From positions 58,466,001 through 58,530,000 of the forward strand of contig CM060734.1 of NCBI GenBank assembly GCA_030704615.1: a stretch of DNA of 64,000 bases, read 5' to 3'. A program made the translations under genes and the position numbers. Origin of the DNA: Takakia lepidozioides. Its lineage: Eukaryota > Plantae > Bryophyta. A model generated the notes under the pieces. That model saw only the letters and a program-made list of their open reading frames with translations. It ran no database searches and had not been told where the DNA came from. This document shows, in pieces, positions 12,661 to 23,899 of this stretch; the stretch's first letter is position 1; each line of letters starts with the position of its first letter.

Positions 12661-15600
12661 CCGTGTTGACCTGTGGACGGCCTGTGCTGACTCGTGGAGG
12701 CACTGGTGGACTGCCTAAGGACTGGCATGTGGTCTTGAAGGCCGAATTTTGACGCTCGTGGAGGGCGGTTTGAGGAGTATCTTCATGATATTCCCATGGT
12801 CATGCAAGTACAGGTGTAGGCTATGTTAGGAACTTAGTATTCCAAACCATAAGCCGCAACAGGTTCTCTACCCGGTTACCTTGTGGAGAGGGGGTTAGGG
12901 ACATGTTCATGACCGGTTGAGTGTCAACACGGAGGTGCCACTAGTTGCTGGGGACAGTGCCGGTTCGAGCACTAATGATACTAGTGGGTACATGAGACGA
13001 GGTATGCGGTTTAGGCCACCTTCACCTCCTGTGTCTTCTACGGAAGGTTCTGATTCGGATTGTGAATCAGGAGGACTCATACCGGCGGTGCAAGTTGTTT
13101 CTTTGCCATTGTTGTGGGACACAATGGAGGAGATGTATGGAGCTACCAAGGGGCCACGAAGGTACTCTGGGGCGGTGGGCACCATCGAGTTGGATGATTT
13201 TATCCAAGAGTTTGATAGTTGGTGTGATTTGCAGCAAATGTGTAATCCACAACTATTTACGCCTTTCATGGCATGGAAGGGGCTGTTTCAGCACCTTGAG
13301 GGGCCGCCTATGGATGATTACCATGAGTTCAGGCGGGGGCATGAGGTTGAGATCGAGGAGTGGAGGATGTACTGGTCACCCGACTATGTCTCCATCACTA
13401 GGGGCACTAGAGCCACGAGGGCAGTGGCTACACCTGCCGCTGCACCGACAGCTTCAGCAAGTAGTAGAGGGACTAGTGGGACTGGTGGTACAGTAGCTAC
13501 GACGTCCACCCAAGCCACTACCGCACCAGTACTAGTACCGGTGCCTGCCTTCAACCCTGTTGTGGAGTTCTTCGAAGAGTTGAGAGGGAACTACCAAGGG
13601 GTGAGGACAGAGAAGTTGCGGAGCTTGCAAGAGTTCCAACGGAAGCCGACCGAGAGCTTGAGGGAGGCTTTCACTCGCATGAGGCGCTGATAAATATAAC
13701 CCAAGGGTTACGGAAGCTCAGGCAGTCCAATTCTGGTATGGGATATTGGACAAGGAGCTGAGGAGAAGGTGCGGGATGCAACTCTCCTACAAGCGGCCCA
13801 ACCCACCTTAGCAAATGTGTTTTTGCTGGCAGAGCAGATAGAGCTCAACATGGTGGAGAAACGAGTGGTCATGGTGGGATTTGCTAAGGAGACACCACGG
13901 GGTAGTGGTGCTCCTAGCCAACCACTACCTCAATGTGCTCAAGGCAACAAGGGGGCTCAGGTGAAGCTCAGGGAAGGGCAGAGAGGACCTCAGATGCAGG
14001 GGTCTCTCCCTTCATTTGCTGGCCAACAACGGGCGGATGTGGTGTGCTGGACATGTGGAGGACCCCATGTCAAGAAGGATTGCCCAGAGGGAGGCAAAGG
14101 GCCGGCACATGCACAGCCTGCACAGTTGCAGTGTGGGCATTGTGGCAAGCACAGGCATGGAGAGGCCCAGTGTTATGGGGTGCATCCTGAGTTGCGCCCA
14201 GGCCAGTTCCAAGGGAACAATGGTGGCCGGGGGCGAGGTGGAGCACCCAGAGAGGACGAGGTGGCCAGCCACGAGGTGCAGGCCAAGGGCAAGCTCAACA
14301 TGGCCAAGGACGCGGAGGTCAGGGGGTTGACCAAGGCATGGCCAACCGGCTTCAGCAGCTAGAGCAGAGGCTCGTTGCCATGGCTACAGCTCAGGTGGTA
14401 CCGGCTCTAAGGCCGGATGGTCCACCTCCTGCTCCTGAGGGAGGAGATATGGGAGGCATGGGATTCATGTGTGGAGCAGCACTACCACTAGTGTAGGTGG
14501 AGTCTGCTGCAGCCGTGACTCAAGGAGCAGCACGAGTTCCTGAGCCATGAGGTGCAGAGGTGGAGTTGGATCCACAGCGTGGGGAGGCAAGCCGTCAGGC
14601 TAGGCTTCCTCAGTCATTCACATTGGCGGAGACAGTGTCGACGCCATCCATGGCACCTAGTTCTCGCCCGACTATTACCGAGGCGGAGGTTACTATGCCA
14701 TTGGGGAGAGCTACACGGGTAGCACCATTACCTAGTGTTGCCAAGGCTACGGCAGCTAGTGTGCTGCTAGGAGCGGCCACATCTGTGTGCCAGGCTCCAT
14801 TGTTCTCGACTACCATGATTGCGACGTCGGGGGTAAGACCAGCTGAGGTGTTCAGGCTGGCAGCTACACTCTATGAGAGTGGGGAGGTTACTTCATCTTC
14901 TGCGGAGATAGTGGGAGGTGTAGTGCCGGAGGGATCCTCGGATTTGAGGGTCAAGACTGCCACGGCGGCGCCATGGCAAGCTGCAGCTGCCAGGTTGATG
15001 GAGCTGCCAGCCAGGCCAGCCATTGAGCGTGCCATGGTGACACCTAGAGTTGTCATGTTAGACAACCAGGATGGCATTTTCTGTTTGAGTGGACCGGCAG
15101 GCAAGAGGTACCGGCCACTACGGGTCTTGTTGGACTCGGGAGCTCAGCCATTGATACTGGGCAGAGCTGCTATTGCAGGCTTGGGCCTCACGGAGGCGGA
15201 TATAGAGCCTTGTCATTTCCAGATACAGACGTCTCTGGGAGGATCGGAGCAGGCTCGGGGCATGACACGGCGTGAGTTGGCTATCAGACTACGGCCGGAT
15301 CACCCTACAGATGGCTCAGTGATGCGAGCCAAGGCCATTGTGACAAACGCGGTCTCATACGATGTCCTGGTTGGTGGGGCAGTGTTGTACCCCATAGGCT
15401 TCACCCTGGATTTTTGGGAGGAGTCAGCTTCCTATAGGCCTGCATGGCAATCAGGGGAGGGCCGGCGTGTGCAGCTCCCTGTGACGTTCATAGGAGGAGT
15501 TGCGGTTGCCCAGCGAGGCAAGATGCCAACACTAGCAGCATTCACAGCGGCAGTGAGTTGGCCTAGAGAGTTGCTTGAGGGCAACGCTCATTCAGAGGAT

Positions 15601-15846
15601 GTGCCACCTCCGGGAGAGCAGGATGACATGTATGGTATGGCGGAGTTGCCTACCATGGTTACTCAGACTCCATTGTGGGGCACGAGCAAGGATTTGCAGC
15701 GGGATATTGATCGACGGGTGCAACAAGCCTGGGTGGAGGCTTTTGTACCGTCAGGAGAGGAGGAGAGTGTGGGGATTGCACCAAGACCATCTCAGTTGTC
15801 TCCATTGGACACCACACCTATTGTGTGGCAGTATCTGGATGAAGGC

Positions 15847-16740
15847 ATTTGTCTTCTGGACTTGTTTGGCGGGATCAGCACCGGATTGGCTGTTGTGTTA
15901 CAGGCAAGTATACGAGTTCGGCGTTACCTGTATGTGGAGAGGGATGAGACTGCACGACGCGTTTCACTTCGCCATGTTGCTCAGTTGGTGCAGCGGTACC
16001 CTGAGTTGTTGTCGATGTCTGCAATTCGTGGATATCAGCAGGCCTTGCCAGCAGACATTTCGTTGTTGGGGGCGCAGGATTTGGAGCGGGTTGGCTCCAT
16101 TGATCTGGTAGTGGCAGGTTGGCCCTGCCAAGGGCATTCATCAGCCGGGCATGGCAATGGATTGCGAGACTCGAGATCGGGTCTGTTTTGGGAGATGGTG
16201 CGGGTTTTGCGCCACTTGCAGCTTCATCAAGCTGTGCATCAAGTCCGGTCATGCCTTGGGTCAGCAGTGTTGCTAGATGCAGCTACAGTGGGGTCACGGG
16301 CTCATCGTCCACGGCTATGGTGAACTAACTTGATGCCACCCGCACTGCTCAAGCGTGCATTTGATGAGGTGCAGCGGCCAGCACATCTCACTGTGGATAG
16401 CATTCTGGACACAAGGAGGTAGTCTCAGCGTGTGAGACACGATGACCGTTTGCCTTTGGCAGTGGTCAACAAGGTGGGTCAACCACGAGCAGCATTACCT
16501 ACACTGCTCAGCTTCCCAGGATCGCATGCTTTCCGGGATAGTGGACCTGGCCTCCTGTGGGATGCTCAGTTGCAGCAGTTAGTGGAGCCTAATGCTGACG
16601 AGCGTGAGCGGGCAATGGGTTTTACCACTGGTACCACGGCGGTGTCGTCTCTTTCTGAGGCATCACGTCGTCAAGTGTTGGGGCAAGCAATGGATCTCAA
16701 TTGCTTGACCTGGATTATCAGCTTGGCTCTGGCTGAGCAA
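15847..16740 (+). pseudogene. DNMT3/DRM-like C5 cytosine methyltransferase domain of Gypsy copy 2, in frame with the protease
   Basis: LLDLFGGISTG, YVERDE, DLVVAGWPCQGHS (PCQ at 16123-16131), AHRPRLW*TN, ERERAMGF..GTT, RRQVLGQAMDLNCL; motif VI region deleted relative to copy 1. Confidence 0.9.
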
Positions 16741-17022
16741 CGCAGAGTGCGGAGTACACTTCCCTCGATGGTCTCTCTGCCTACCGAGACGGTACAGGCA
16801 GTGAGTGGGGGCGAGCATGTGAGGACCACGGGGTGCATGCATCCATGGCACACGTGGGAGGTGCTCGAGGTTCAGAGGGAGTTGGCAGCCAAGGCGGCTG
16901 TGATGGATGAGGTTGGGGATTCTTCCCGGGTTGAGGAGGTCCTCAAGGATGAGATGATGGGGCAGGATGAGGCCTTGTCATTGACTAAGCAGGCAGGGAG
17001 TACTGCTCAAGAGGTTGCAACA

Positions 17023-17031
17023 TAGCAACCA
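17023..17031 (+). promoter_or_regulatory. Putative stop-codon readthrough signal UAG-CAA-CCA (also at 4423-4431, minus strand)
   Basis: Same in-frame TAG CAA CCA in both copies; fits the UAG-CAR-YYA consensus; open in-frame continuation into RT. Confidence 0.7.
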
Positions 17032-17184
17032 CTGGACGCGTCCTCTACCTCTAAGCCCACTGGACTTAAGGTTGCAGTTACAGAGGACAATTGGGAGCCT
17101 GACATTGGACCCATTGTCACCGGAGGAGAGAGACGACGTATACGGCGGTTCCTGAGGGCTTACAGGAATTGCTTTGCCTTCAGT

Positions 17185-19868
17185 TTGAAGGACTTGGGAG
17201 CACTGAAAGATCAAGAGATCCGTATTGAGTTGGCCACTGACACGCCAATCTTTCGGAGACCCTATAGATACAGTGACATGGAGAGGTCTTTGATTCAGAT
17301 GAGGACTCAAGATCTCTGGGAGGTAGGTTTGGTGGAGCTCTCTGGTGGAGAGTATGCTTCAGCCACAGTGATGCCAGCCATGAAAAATGTCTATGGCAAT
17401 TGGACGGAGAGACGTATGTGCGGTGATTACCGGCCTGTAAATTGTCAGACCAAGTCCGATAAGTATGCCATGCCAACACCAGAGGAGATCTTTGATGCCA
17501 TCGGGCATGCTAAGGCCTTTAGCACTTTGGATTTACGATCCGGATATCACCAGTTGCCAATCAAGGAGGCGGACAAGCAGAAGACGACATTCTGGGGGAT
17601 CAATGAGCACGGCAAGGATTGCCTATATCAGTGGCGGTTCTTACCATTTGGGCTTAAGAATGCTCCTGCAGAGTTTCAGAGAGTCATGGATAGGATTCTA
17701 GCAGGGGTGGACTTTGCTCGGTGCTACATAGATGACATCATCATCTTTAGTGTTACGATGGAGGAGCATGAGAGACACCTTCAGGTGGTATTGGAGCGCT
17801 TGAGAGCGCACGGATTGAAGTTGCATCCGGGGAAGTGCAAGTTTTTCCACAACCAGATTGAGTATCTGGGTCACATGATATATCCTGGAGGATTGGGGGT
17901 ACAACAGACTAAGGTAGAGGCCATTGCACAAATTCCACGCCCCACGGATGTGAGCCGAGTTCGAGCTTTCATGGGGTTGGCAAACTATTATAGACGGTTT
18001 GTCAAGGGATTTAGTACCATTGCAAAGGCTCTAACCAAGCTGACCAAGGTGGACCAGGAGTGGCAGTGGGAAGATGAGCAGGAACGAGCTTTTCAAGAGC
18101 TCAAGGCGAGGTTGACCTCGGCGCCTATCCTGAGACGACCTATCAGGGGGCGTCCCTTTCAGCTGCATACGGATTGGAGCATGCTGGGGCTTGGAGCGGT
18201 GCTCACACAGGTGGATGATGAAGGAAGAGAGTTCGTAGTGGCTTATGCTAGCCGCTCGAACAACGCTGTAGAGGCTAAGTACAGCTCATATGAGGGAGAG
18301 TGCTTAGCTGCAGTGTGGGCCGTGGCACACTTCAGGTGCTATCTATACGGTAATCTCTTCACCCTTGTCACGGATCATCAGCCACTCAAGTGGTTGATGG
18401 AGTCAGACAAGCTTACGGGGAAGCTTGCACGGTGGGCACTCATACTCCAGGAGTATGACTTTCAGGTTGTGCATCAACCGAGTTTGGTCAATCGGGATGC
18501 GGATGGATTGAGTCGCAATCCATGCATGAGCCAGCAGGATGACACTGGAGCTCGGTGTCATGGTGAGACAGACGAGGAGATGTGCCGGGATGGCACGCAT
18601 CTGCATTTTTGTGTATCTTGGCATCGGGAGGTCAGGTTAGACCTACAACAGGGATGATTGTAGACGGAGTGTCTGAGGACCCTGAGGCTAGTGATGAGCC
18701 AGGTGGTGCCAGAGATATACATGAGGATTCAGCTGTGTTGGACTACCTCCGCACGGGAGACACGGCAGCCACTGTGACTGCCAGGGAGAGGGATCGGATC
18801 CTGCAACGAGCCAAGAGGTTCAAGTGGGAGGGGATACACCTACTTCGAGTGTGGGAGGATGGTCGGGTGAGGATTGTGCCTCACCCCACACAGCGTGCAC
18901 GGTTAGTGCGGCATGCCCATGAGGAGTTGGGGCATTTTGGAGTGCGACGCACTCATAGTTTACTGCAGGGGCAGTATTGGTGGCGTGGTATGCATACAGA
19001 GGTGCAACAGTTCGTGGCTAGGTGCATGGTGTGTGACAGTGTGCGTGCTTCATTCAACGCCCCTACACCACAGTTGCATCCTTTACCAATCATGGGATTG
19101 GGCTACAGGTGGAGTCTTGACTTCGCAAGACCGTTGCCACTGACTATGCGCCACCACAGATATGTGTTGGTGATGGTGGAGCACTTCTCCAAGTGGATTG
19201 AGTTGGTTCCATTGCCTGACAAGGCTAGTGAGGGGGCTGCGTATGCATTCTTGAATCGTGTGCTTAGCCGATTTGGTGCTCCAGCTGAGGTACTCACGGA
19301 CCAAGGGAGAGAGTTCTTGGGGGAGTTTCAGGCTTTGTGTGATAAAGCCTTGATAGACCACCGCACCACTTCTCGGGATCATCCTGAGGCCGATGGCTTG
19401 GCAGAGAGAGTTGTTCAGACGGTGAAGAGGGGTTTGCGCAAGTATGGCTTGCATAAGGGACACCTAGGAGATTGGGATCTTCAGGTTCCTTGGTTAGCCA
19501 TGGGCTACAGGTTCAACAAACAAACATCACTTGCCTCCTTCTCACCATATATCCTTCTCTTTGGCCGAGAGCCGGATTTGCCTGCAGCCATTCGTAGGGA
19601 CACTGCTCAAGTCCTTAACCTTGACGATCCGGACGTGTGGGTATGTGCATGTGATCAGCGTGCAGAATTGTTCAAGAAAGTCATGCCCATGGCTTTTGAG
19701 AACCTTGCCATTGCACAACACCGTGATACGTTGAGGTATGCCACTATACGTGGTGGAGGATATCGTCCTGGGGTTCGGAGGTTTAGCCCTGGTAATTATG
19801 TTTATTTGCAGCAGACTGCTCCTACGACTCTGGATGTTACTGCAGGGCGTGTTATTCTGAGGGTTTGA
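17185..19868 (+). pseudogene. Gypsy RT-RNase H-integrase (frameshift near 18580)
   Basis: RMCGDYRPVN, LDLRSGYHQ, PFGLKNAP, YIDD, TDWS, YSSYEGE, HEELGHFG..CMVC, TDQGREF, DGLAERVV. Confidence 0.95.
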
Positions 19869-20015
19869 GAGGTGTTGCCCTCAGGGGTCCTGATCTTGGA
19901 GGGTCGGGATGGCATGACTTGGAAGGACCATGTGCGTAATTGTGCGTCATGTCACCTTCCCAATGTCGATGGCAGAGTTGACCCAAACTTGGCAGTGGTA
20001 CCTGCAGGTTTGAGG

Positions 20016-20159
20016 TGCATTCTCTGTGGGTCTGCCAAAGGGGCAGCCACCATGCTGGTGTGTGATCGATGCTCAAGGGGTTGGCATATGGGATGTTTGA
20101 CACCACCTCTTGAGAAGGTTCCTGACGGAGATTGGTTGTGTCCACACTGCTTGGGATAG
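20016..20159 (+). CDS. PHD finger at the C-terminus of the Gypsy integrase
   Basis: CILC..MLVCDRCSRGWHMGCLTPPLEKVPDGDWLCPHC (C4HC3); same frame as integrase across a single TGA at 19866. Confidence 0.9.
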   Translation, partial: CILCGSAKGAATMLVCDRCSRGWHMGCLTPPLEKVPDGDWLCPHCLG

Positions 20160-21554
20160 TGGCAGTGGACATGACTGGAGGCAGCTAACAAGACATGGGA
20201 GGCCAAGCTCATAGGAGTCAATACATGAGATCCCAAGCTCAAGTTCACAGGTTGCAAGACGACGACTAACGATGGGGCAACTCTTGCACCCGGCCTCTTG
20301 ATCTATCGAGTTTAAGTGTAGTAAGGATAGTGGTGGAAGACTTAGTGAGGCTATGGTCACTATCACATCTTGTGGCTACCTGGACTTAGAGGGACCTAAG
20401 CACCAGCTAGGGGGGCGATTGTGTGGACTAGTGACTGCCATAGTGGGCAGCATAGTGGCAGCCTAGTGACTGACTAGTTGTAGCCTAGTGGTTGGACTAG
20501 TGGCTGGACTAGTGGTGGACTAGTGGTATACTAGTGTGTGGTGTGCACATGTGTTGTGTGGTTTTGGACAGCAATGTAGTTGTGTAGCGATATGTATGCG
20601 CACGACAGATGCAAAAAACACAATTGAAAAAAAGCAAAAGCTACCACCTACAAAAAATATCTTAGATCTCTTATTTACGTTTTGGGCCTGAAAAGGGCTT
20701 GTTGACCACTGACGTGGCAGGTAAACAAGCCCAAAACAGATTGCACTCCAAAGGCCATTTTTGGCAGAAAATTAGCAATTTTAGAAAAAGCACTTCACAT
20801 TGTGGTGTGTGAGCATTACATACACACATCGGCTTTTAAAGATTTTGTAGAAAAAAAAGTACTTCATTTGGAGGCACATTTTCTCTTGTCAATTTTGAGA
20901 TTTCAACCCCTATGTAATTGCATGCAAAGCAACCATAAGTGAAAAAATCAATTGGACCTGCAATTTAGGGGGTTCATAGCCACTCCACTATTGATTTGGA
21001 AATGGTGGGTCTTGAGGCAAGAAAAATTGGATAAAGCTAGGTTTTGATTTGGTCAAACCAATTTCTTTCTCATTTTTTCTTTGGGACCTGATATTTGAGG
21101 TCTGGGCCACAATTATAATCTCACAATTTCCATGGTGGACTTGGCTCATTTTTTGGTATGTCATGTATAAATGAGCTGGGCCCATTGCTATAAGGCTAGA
21201 ATCTCTGGATGATTCTTGGTAGGTTTCTAGGGGCAATTTACTACAGTTCGGTACCCAAAATTGATAAAAAGTCAAAAAATGGCTTGGGAACTTAAGGGTT
21301 AATGCACTCATGGAATGATTGGACGTTAGTATAACAACGACGCTAGGTCGTGAACAACTTTTTTCTTTTCTTTTTTCTTTTCTTTTTCCTTTTTGTTTGG
21401 GCGTGGATGTGGCAAAATTTTCTTGAGGTTAAGTGCAGAGGTGGTAACATGTACAATATCCACCTGGATCCTACCTAGCTATAGGTATGCAATATATTGT
21501 GCAATATGGTGATTTCTTGAAAACATCAAGGATACTTCCCAGGCGACACAGCCC

Positions 21555-21790
21555 TTTATTTTTTTTATTTTTTTTAAGGGGAACACCTGGTAGCGATAGC
21601 TCACAATTCAGGCCCCTTAGTAGTGAGAGGAAAAAAAACCTCTTTCAGAGTAAGTAACCTCGCCCTGAAGGCTTTTGTATGGGAAGTGGGAGAAGAACAT
21701 ACCATAGCCATCAAGACGTAGCAGGATTTGACCCCAGAATCATTTGGGTGGCACTAAGTGCACTATCCAACAGAGCTACCAACTGTTGGT
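21555..21790 (-). mobile_element. tRNA-derived SINE
   Basis: Minus-strand head with A box TAGCTCTGTTGG and B-box-like GGGTCAAATCC; A-rich tail; copies at 41800-42045 and 61520-61775. Confidence 0.75.
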
Positions 21791-22373
21791 AGCCCTTTTG
21801 GAAGCATAAACAGGTGGTGTAATTAGCAGGTGGCGGAATTAACCGGTGGTGAAATCGTAATTCATCTAGGCGCAATGGGGCGCCAACCCTTAGATTTAGG
21901 GTGCGTGGCTCCCCAGTTCCCAAGCGAAATGTGTGGGGTCCCCCCGTGCTTTTTGGCACCAGCTGCCCAGGGAACCGCCACCTTTGGCCCTTTTTTTTTG
22001 CATAGGGGTGTCGATCGCGGACCAACTTTTTTTGGTGCAATCTGGTTTTTAAAAGGTAGGGCTGGTCGTGAACCTAGGCTTATGCTAAGATAATTTGATG
22101 TGAGCCAGCTAGGCTCACGCTTGCCACGCCGGTGGGATTCTGTGGCTCACGCCATATGATCCATGAGAAATGGTGTATATAGCCGTGGATATGGGCCTCC
22201 TATTACCGTGGAACAATGTCGTGAATGTAAACTAGTGAAATAGTATAGGATGACAGTTAGCCTGCCATTTGTAAGCATATGTGATGATAGGGCACATGCT
22301 GTCATATCTTATATGACATACTTTTTAACTCTAGTATAAAGCATTTGTACATAGATGTCATAGAACAAACATA

Positions 22374-23461
22374 CCGTACTTACCTAGCTTATTAGGCAAT
22401 AATTAATGCTTCTCATTGTTTGATGATTGGGACTTGAATGCGGGCACGTGTGGTTGTGGCGGGGCCTGCAGGTGGCAAGGGGGTACAGCAGGGTGGGCCG
22501 ACCTCTACCTGGCGGGGTCAGTCTGCGGGGGGGAGCCGGCCCAGGGGCACGCGCGCAGGGGAAGCTAGAGGGGAGCGAGTCTGTTGGGCCCACAAAACAC
22601 CTGTATATTTTGTTTGAGGAGGGTCTGAAGGTTGGAGTTAGGCGCTCGCCAGTTGGAGTCCGCTCGTCAATCGCTCGTCAATCGCCAGTCTGCTGGTGTG
22701 TCCGCTCGCCAGTCTGCCGGACTGAGTCAGTCCGCTCGCCAATCGCCAGTCGGCTGGTCAGTCCGCTAGCCAATTGGAATCAATCTGTTGAGGGTTTGGC
22801 AAGTCCGCTGGAAGGTCCGCCGCCGTTAAAGAACTAGGACTTAGAAAAAATTCAGAATCTAGACCCGGTCAAAGGGGGGTGGGTTCATGAGCTCACCCTA
22901 TGGGCCGTACTGGCGGGGCCCATAGGTGCATTCAAGACCCAATTATTAAAAAATGAGAGGCTTAATTAATTCAAAATGAGGTGCCTAACTAAATTTAGAA
23001 CTTTTTTGGAAAATGTGCCTAAAACTTAGAAAAACCTCCTGAGAACTGCCCAATTGCTCAAAAATTGTGGAAAATACCAAAATGTCCAAATACATGGGAA
23101 AAATGCCTAAATTATATTATTTAAAATATTAAAAAAAGGCAAAAATTCCTACAATTTAAATTTTCATGTCCAGGTATAGGGTTTAGGTAGTACCAGGTGT
23201 GTAGGTGCGTACAGCCTTCACTGCATCCATTCTTTTATCACATATCAAACATTATGTGTTTTTAAAATAAAATAACCTCAACAATAGTTTTTGAGAGAGG
23301 TCAAAAAACTATTGTTCATCATTATTCAGCCTGGTCGACTGAAAATATTTGGGAAACTACCTAGTGGAGGTGCCTAAATAATAAAAACGAATCTGCCTAA
23401 TAATATTCCATTTTAATTAATTATTAGGCACGGAAGTGCCTAATAAGCTAAGTAAGTACGG
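22374..23461. mobile_element. Non-autonomous Tc1/mariner-pogo-like element, TA TSD
   Basis: 25-bp TIR CCGTACTTAC(C/T)TAGCTTATTAGGCA; TA on both sides; empty site aacaTAgtct at ~42605. Confidence 0.88.
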
Positions 23462-23899
23462 TAGTCTTATATTTCCTCTACTAGTCATATCTTCATTGTT
23501 AGCGCAAAGTCTTGCATGCAATATGACAACATATTTGACATGCTACACGTACAACTTTGGTTATGCATCTCAACTTTAGTTTACCTAAACCCGAATGTCT
23601 ACATTGACCCCCTCTATGTCAAGGACATGTGAATGTCATAAAGAACATACATCTCATCCTAAACCATATTACATATTTATTGCAACACTAAAACTAAGGT
23701 GATATCAATCTATGAATCAAGACTTTTGTTTTGTTTGTTTTGTTTTGTTTTGTTTTGTCACGTTGAGATGTCCCGAACCGCAAGGCCCCAATGTTGGTGC
23801 TTGGTACTGTTGGAAAGCCCTCGACGAGGAGGGGTGCACGGGCTTGGTCTCATGATTTTTGAACCTGCAGTGTGGGAGATACGGAATTCCAAGTACTTT

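Larger units (their letters stand above)
10542..20600 (+). mobile_element. Ty3/Gypsy retrotransposon copy 2 (gag-PR-DNMT / RT-RH-IN-PHD), decayed
   Basis: gag ~13130-14500, protease LLDSGAQ ~15130, DNMT 15847-16740, RT-RNase H 17185-18520, integrase 18900-19700, PHD 20016-20150; PBS-like TGGCGCCGTAG at 10797; PPT AGGGGGGCGA at ~20409. Confidence 0.95.
10412..21298. mobile_element. Non-autonomous piggyBac-like TIR element (TTAA TSD) containing Gypsy copy 2
   Basis: Perfect 17-bp TIRs CCCTTAAGTTCCCAAGC (10412-10428) and GCTTGGGAACTTAAGGG (21282-21298), flanked by TTAA (10408-10411, 21299-21302); single-TTAA empty site at 41347-41350 in the paralog. Confidence 0.88.

Noticed and set aside
15847-16740. 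Host DRM/DNMT3 gene or bacterial restriction-modification methylase
   Set aside because: Intronless, in frame with the retroviral-type protease and at the same position in two TE copies; no UBA/PWWP domains and no restriction enzyme partner
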